This document shows, in pieces, positions 7,012-9,343 of a DNA stretch of 9,343 nt. This DNA comes from an uncultured Gammaproteobacteria bacterium. GTDB lineage: Bacteria > Patescibacteriota > Patescibacteriia > UBA2591 > UBA6264. Location: the NCBI GenBank assembly GCA_964617525.1, contig CAZTWG010000020.1, positions 1-9,343 on the forward strand. The letters run 5' to 3'. Both the position numbers and the translations under genes were made by a program. The number at the start of each line of letters is the position of its first letter. The stretch's first letter is position 1. The notes beneath the pieces are model-generated. The model had not been told where the DNA came from. It made no database searches and saw nothing but the letters and a program-made list of their open reading frames with translations.

Positions 7012-7079
7012 AATATAGGATACAAGAGATAAAAGACAAGGATACAAACAAATGCTAAATGATAAATTACAGAAACAAT

Positions 7080-7100
7080 AATTGTTGATTGCTGATTGTT
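7080..7100 (-). repeat. Heptad repeat copy B (plus strand AATTGTTGATTGCTGATTGTT; reverse complement AACAATCAGCAATCAACAATT)
   Basis: This is the 20/21 inverted match to 2220-2240. ATTG occurs at 7081, 7088 and 7095, a 7-nt period. It overlaps a candidate -35 (TTGATT, 7085-7090) upstream of the flippase gene. Confidence 0.85.
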
Positions 7101-7129
7101 CTAATGTTCTAATATTCCAATGTTTTAGT

Positions 7130-8572
7130 ATGATTTCTACAGCTAAAAATACTTTTTATTTATTGGTTGCTTATAGCTATCAGAAGGTGGTAGCGCTTTT
7201 TTATTTTATTATCCTTGCTCGTTATTTAGGAGCGGATAATTTTGGCAAATATACTTTTGCCATTTCATTTACTGCTCTTTTTGCGGTTTTAATAGATGCC
7301 GGATTGTTTGCCGTCTTAACTAGAGAGATTGCTAGAGATAGGGAAAAAAGCAAGTTCTATTTTGGGAATATATTAACGTTTAATATTATCAGCAGTGTGC
7401 TGGTTTTTTTTATAATCTATTTAGCTATAAATATTTTAAATTATCCTCTCTTAACTAAAAAATTAGTTTATCTAAACGCTTTAGTTATCTTTCTAGATGC
7501 ATTAGCTCTTTGTATCTATCATGTTTTTAGAGGACATTTAAATTTAAAATTTGAAAGCATAGGCATTATAGTCCATAAAACAATTATGCTAATTGTTGGA
7601 CTGATACTTATTTATTTGCGCGTTCCAATCGTTTTTATGGTTTTGCCATTAGTTGCTGGAAGTTTTTTTTATTTAATAAATGCAATAATTTTCTTTAAAA
7701 AGAATATGCATTCTTGGCCATGGCCACGTTTTGATATAAAAGTAATGAAGTCTTTGCTGGTTTTGGCTTGGCCATTCTTTCTAACTGCGATTTTTGCTAA
7801 GATTTTTGCTACTAGCGATACTATACTTCTTTCCCTCAGAGCTGGGGATGAATTTGTTGGATGGTATAGCGCTGCTCAAAAAATAGTTTTAGCTTTCTTA
7901 TTGTTAATTGCTGGCTCTTTAAGCACAGCTCTTTACCCTTCTTTTAGCTACTATTTTGTTCACTCTAAAGAATATCTCAAAAAAATTTTTACTCAAGGAA
8001 TTTTTTATATGATTTTGATAACAATTCCTTTATCTTTGGGTTTAGTTATTTTAGCAAAACCTTTAATTTTGTTTGTTTACGGTTCTGGTTATCTTTCTGC
8101 TGTCCCAGCTTTAATCATTCTGTCCATTGCTTTACCTTTTATGTTTTTGGATTATATGATTAGTGGATTTTTAAATGCTTGCGAAAAACAAAAAACTAAT
8201 ACTTTAATCCATGGATTAGGAGCTATAATTTTTGTAGCTCTTAATCTATTTTTAATTCCTTCTTTTTCCCACGTGGGTTCTAGTCTGGCGGTTTTGATTA
8301 GCTTTTTATTTTTATTTATTTTAGAGATTTATTCAAGCAGAAAAATTATAAAAATTAACTGGAGATATTTATTAAAAAAATTTATTTTAGTTTGTTTAGT
8401 CAGTCTATTGATGGGCGTGGTTTTGTTAGCAATCAGGGACAGTCTGCCAATAATTTTAACGGTCATTATAGGAGCTACAGTTTATTTTATTTTTGCCTAT
8501 GCTTCTGGACTAATTAAAAAACAAGAATTATTATTTTTAACTACAATTATTAAAAGCAAAAAAACAAAATGA
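7130..8572 (+). CDS. Polysaccharide/oligosaccharide flippase, MOP superfamily (Wzx/RfbX-like polysaccharide biosynthesis protein), about 480 aa
   Basis: The protein is hydrophobic throughout, with about 12-14 predicted TM segments by eye. The N-terminal motif NTFYLLVAYSYQKVVALFYFIILARYLGADNFGKYTFAISF..L..L.DAGL is typical of Polysacc_synt-type flippases. I place the start at ATG 7130 (MISTAKNTF...) rather than the track's TTG at 7082, because the 16 extra codons lie in repeat-rich intergenic-looking sequence. The stop overlaps the next gene's ATG (ATGA). Confidence 0.8.
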   Translation: MISTAKNTFYLLVAYSYQKVVALFYFIILARYLGADNFGKYTFAISFTALFAVLIDAGLFAVLTREIARDREKSKFYFGNILTFNIISSVLVFFIIYLAINILNYPLLTKKLVYLNALVIFLDALALCIYHVFRGHLNLKFESIGIIVHKTIMLIVGLILIYLRVPIVFMVLPLVAGSFFYLINAIIFFKKNMHSWPWPRFDIKVMKSLLVLAWPFFLTAIFAKIFATSDTILLSLRAGDEFVGWYSAAQKIVLAFLLLIAGSLSTALYPSFSYYFVHSKEYLKKIFTQGIFYMILITIPLSLGLVILAKPLILFVYGSGYLSAVPALIILSIALPFMFLDYMISGFLNACEKQKTNTLIHGLGAIIFVALNLFLIPSFSHVGSSLAVLISFLFLFILEIYSSRKIIKINWRYLLKKFILVCLVSLLMGVVLLAIRDSLPIILTVIIGATVYFIFAYASGLIKKQELLFLTTIIKSKKTK

Positions 8573-9343
8573 ATTATGAAGTAATTATGTTTAATATGTC
8601 TAGCTATACCGAATGGCAGCATGGAGTTGTTAATCGTAATTATCATGTTTTTAACTATTTATTGAAGAATAAAGATGTCGATAGGGTGATAGCAATTGAT
8701 TTTTTACCTTTTACTTTTAAAAGGGCAATTAGGAATTATTGGGAAAATATTATTAAGGGCACAACTGGAAAGGTTGTTTATAGGGATTTGACAACTAGAT
8801 GTGTTAAAATAGATAGAAAGGGCGCAGAGCTTTATATTTTTTCCACCATTGATTCTGTTTTTTCTCACAAAAGAGTTATTAGGAAATTAAACAAAGTTTT
8901 TAAAAGGAGTTCTAAATTATCGAGAATAGTTTATTCTTGCTTTCCTATGTTTGTTGATTATTTTTCAAACATAAAAACAGATTTAACAATTTTTGATACT
9001 GTTGATAATTGGATTGAGCACCCTTCTTTTAAAAAATATCAGAATGTTTTAAGGAAGAATTATAAGATTATTAGCGAGAAGAGCGATTTAATTTTTACAG
9101 TATCTGAGGGTTTAAAAGAGTTTTTTGAAAAACAGGGGAGAGTAAAAAATGTTTATTGGGCTCCCAATGGCGTTGATGTTAATCATTTCACTCCATCCAT
9201 TGCTAGAACAGCAGAATTAAATTCTATAACTGACCCGTCGGGTCAGTTTTCTAGTGATGTTGAGTGTGATGTTTTGAGGGGGATAACAAGTCCAATCATT
9301 GGCTATTTGGGCACAATACAACATAGATTTGATGTGGATTTAT
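8569..9343 (+). CDS. Glycosyltransferase, GT-B fold (GT4/TuaH-like); N-terminal 258 codons, running off the right edge
   Basis: It is absent from the ORF track because it is open at the edge. Hand translation gives MNYEVIMFNMSSYTEWQHGVVNRNYHVFNYLLKNKDVDRVIAIDFLPF...IFDTVDNWIEHPSF...SDLIFTVSEGLKEFF...VYWAPNGVDVNHF...PIIGYLGTIQHRFDVDL. The pattern (S..W......R..H, D..D.W, ..V.....L......V...PNGVD...F, P.IGY.G.I..R.D..L) is typical of TuaH-like group-1 glycosyltransferases. The ATG (8569-8571) overlaps the flippase TGA (8570-8572). Confidence 0.75.
   Translation, partial: MNYEVIMFNMSSYTEWQHGVVNRNYHVFNYLLKNKDVDRVIAIDFLPFTFKRAIRNYWENIIKGTTGKVVYRDLTTRCVKIDRKGAELYIFSTIDSVFSHKRVIRKLNKVFKRSSKLSRIVYSCFPMFVDYFSNIKTDLTIFDTVDNWIEHPSFKKYQNVLRKNYKIISEKSDLIFTVSEGLKEFFEKQGRVKNVYWAPNGVDVNHFTPSIARTAELNSITDPSGQFSSDVECDVLRGITSPIIGYLGTIQHRFDVDL

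Noticed and set aside
6600-7025. Minus-strand ORFs of 77 aa (6600-6833) and 61 aa (6840-7025) opposite rpsI
   Set aside because: They are antisense to the conserved S9 core, with biased shadow-frame composition and no signals.
2220-7100. Reading the 21-bp inverted repeats as transposon termini or an invertible-segment switch
   Set aside because: No transposase, integrase or invertase is encoded between or next to the repeats. No flanking direct (target-site) duplication is present (left flank GGTTTT, right flank CTAATG). The cargo is core housekeeping genes. It is kept only as an open observation, not called a mobile element.
7082-7129. TTG start extending the flippase by 16 codons (MLIADCSNVLIFQCFS)
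   Set aside because: The extension is made of intergenic-type repeats (heptad copy B and the TGTTCTAA tandem). The ATG at 7130 gives an N-terminus typical of this flippase family, so the extension is not reported as coding.
9228-9250. GC-rich perfect palindrome AACTGACCC-GTC-GGGTCAGTT followed by TTCT, inside the glycosyltransferase CDS; it looks like a terminator
   Set aside because: It lies in frame within an open CDS (encoding ITDPSGQF) that continues with the conserved PIIGYLGTI block, so it cannot be the normal gene end. One 9-bp palindrome in 9.3 kb is not far from chance, and the T-tract is short. It is noted as a possible intragenic pause or attenuation site only.
1-9343. Alternative genetic code (for example UGA recoding, as in some candidate phyla), and hidden RNA genes or CRISPR arrays
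   Set aside because: ORFs ending in TGA (the 88-aa ORF and the flippase), TAG and TAA all have lengths consistent with their homologs, and I saw no in-frame TGA interrupting conserved genes. I saw no tRNA-like T-arm/acceptor pattern, rRNA segments or regularly spaced direct repeats.

Overview
This is an AT-rich (roughly one-third G+C by eye), gene-dense bacterial window that uses the standard code; TAA, TAG and TGA all end ORFs at lengths expected from homologs. Short HrcA and GrpE, tiny intergenic gaps, and murG and rpsI away from their usual clusters suggest a reduced genome such as a Patescibacteria/CPR-type lineage, but that is inference only. Gene order: dprA (minus strand, partial, missing from the ORF track because it is open at the edge); an 88-aa orphan gene with its own promoter, SD and terminator; murG; a CIRCE-like operator overlapping a sigma70-type promoter; an hrcA-grpE-dnaK operon whose fourth gene is a 268-aa polytopic membrane protein where dnaJ usually sits, closed by a strong terminator; rpsI carrying an 80-residue Lys-rich N-terminal extension; and a MOP/Wzx-type flippase coupled by an ATGA overlap to a GT-B glycosyltransferase (partial, also missing from the ORF track). 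I found no tRNA/rRNA, CRISPR array, transposase/integrase, or recognisable defence or toxin-antitoxin module, and no clear-cut novel multi-gene system. The items most worth a second look are: (1) a heptad-periodic CAATCAG repeat with 20/21-identical inverted copies bracketing the hrcA-to-rpsI block, plus a third degenerate copy in the hrcA leader; (2) the orphan 88-aa protein next to dprA, whose C-terminal tail resembles clamp-binding and SSB-tip motifs; (3) the Lys-rich S9 extension with an internal SD+ATG; (4) the membrane protein in the dnaJ position; (5) the degenerate CIRCE/promoter overlap paired with a short HrcA; (6) a His-to-Pro change in the MurG G-loop.
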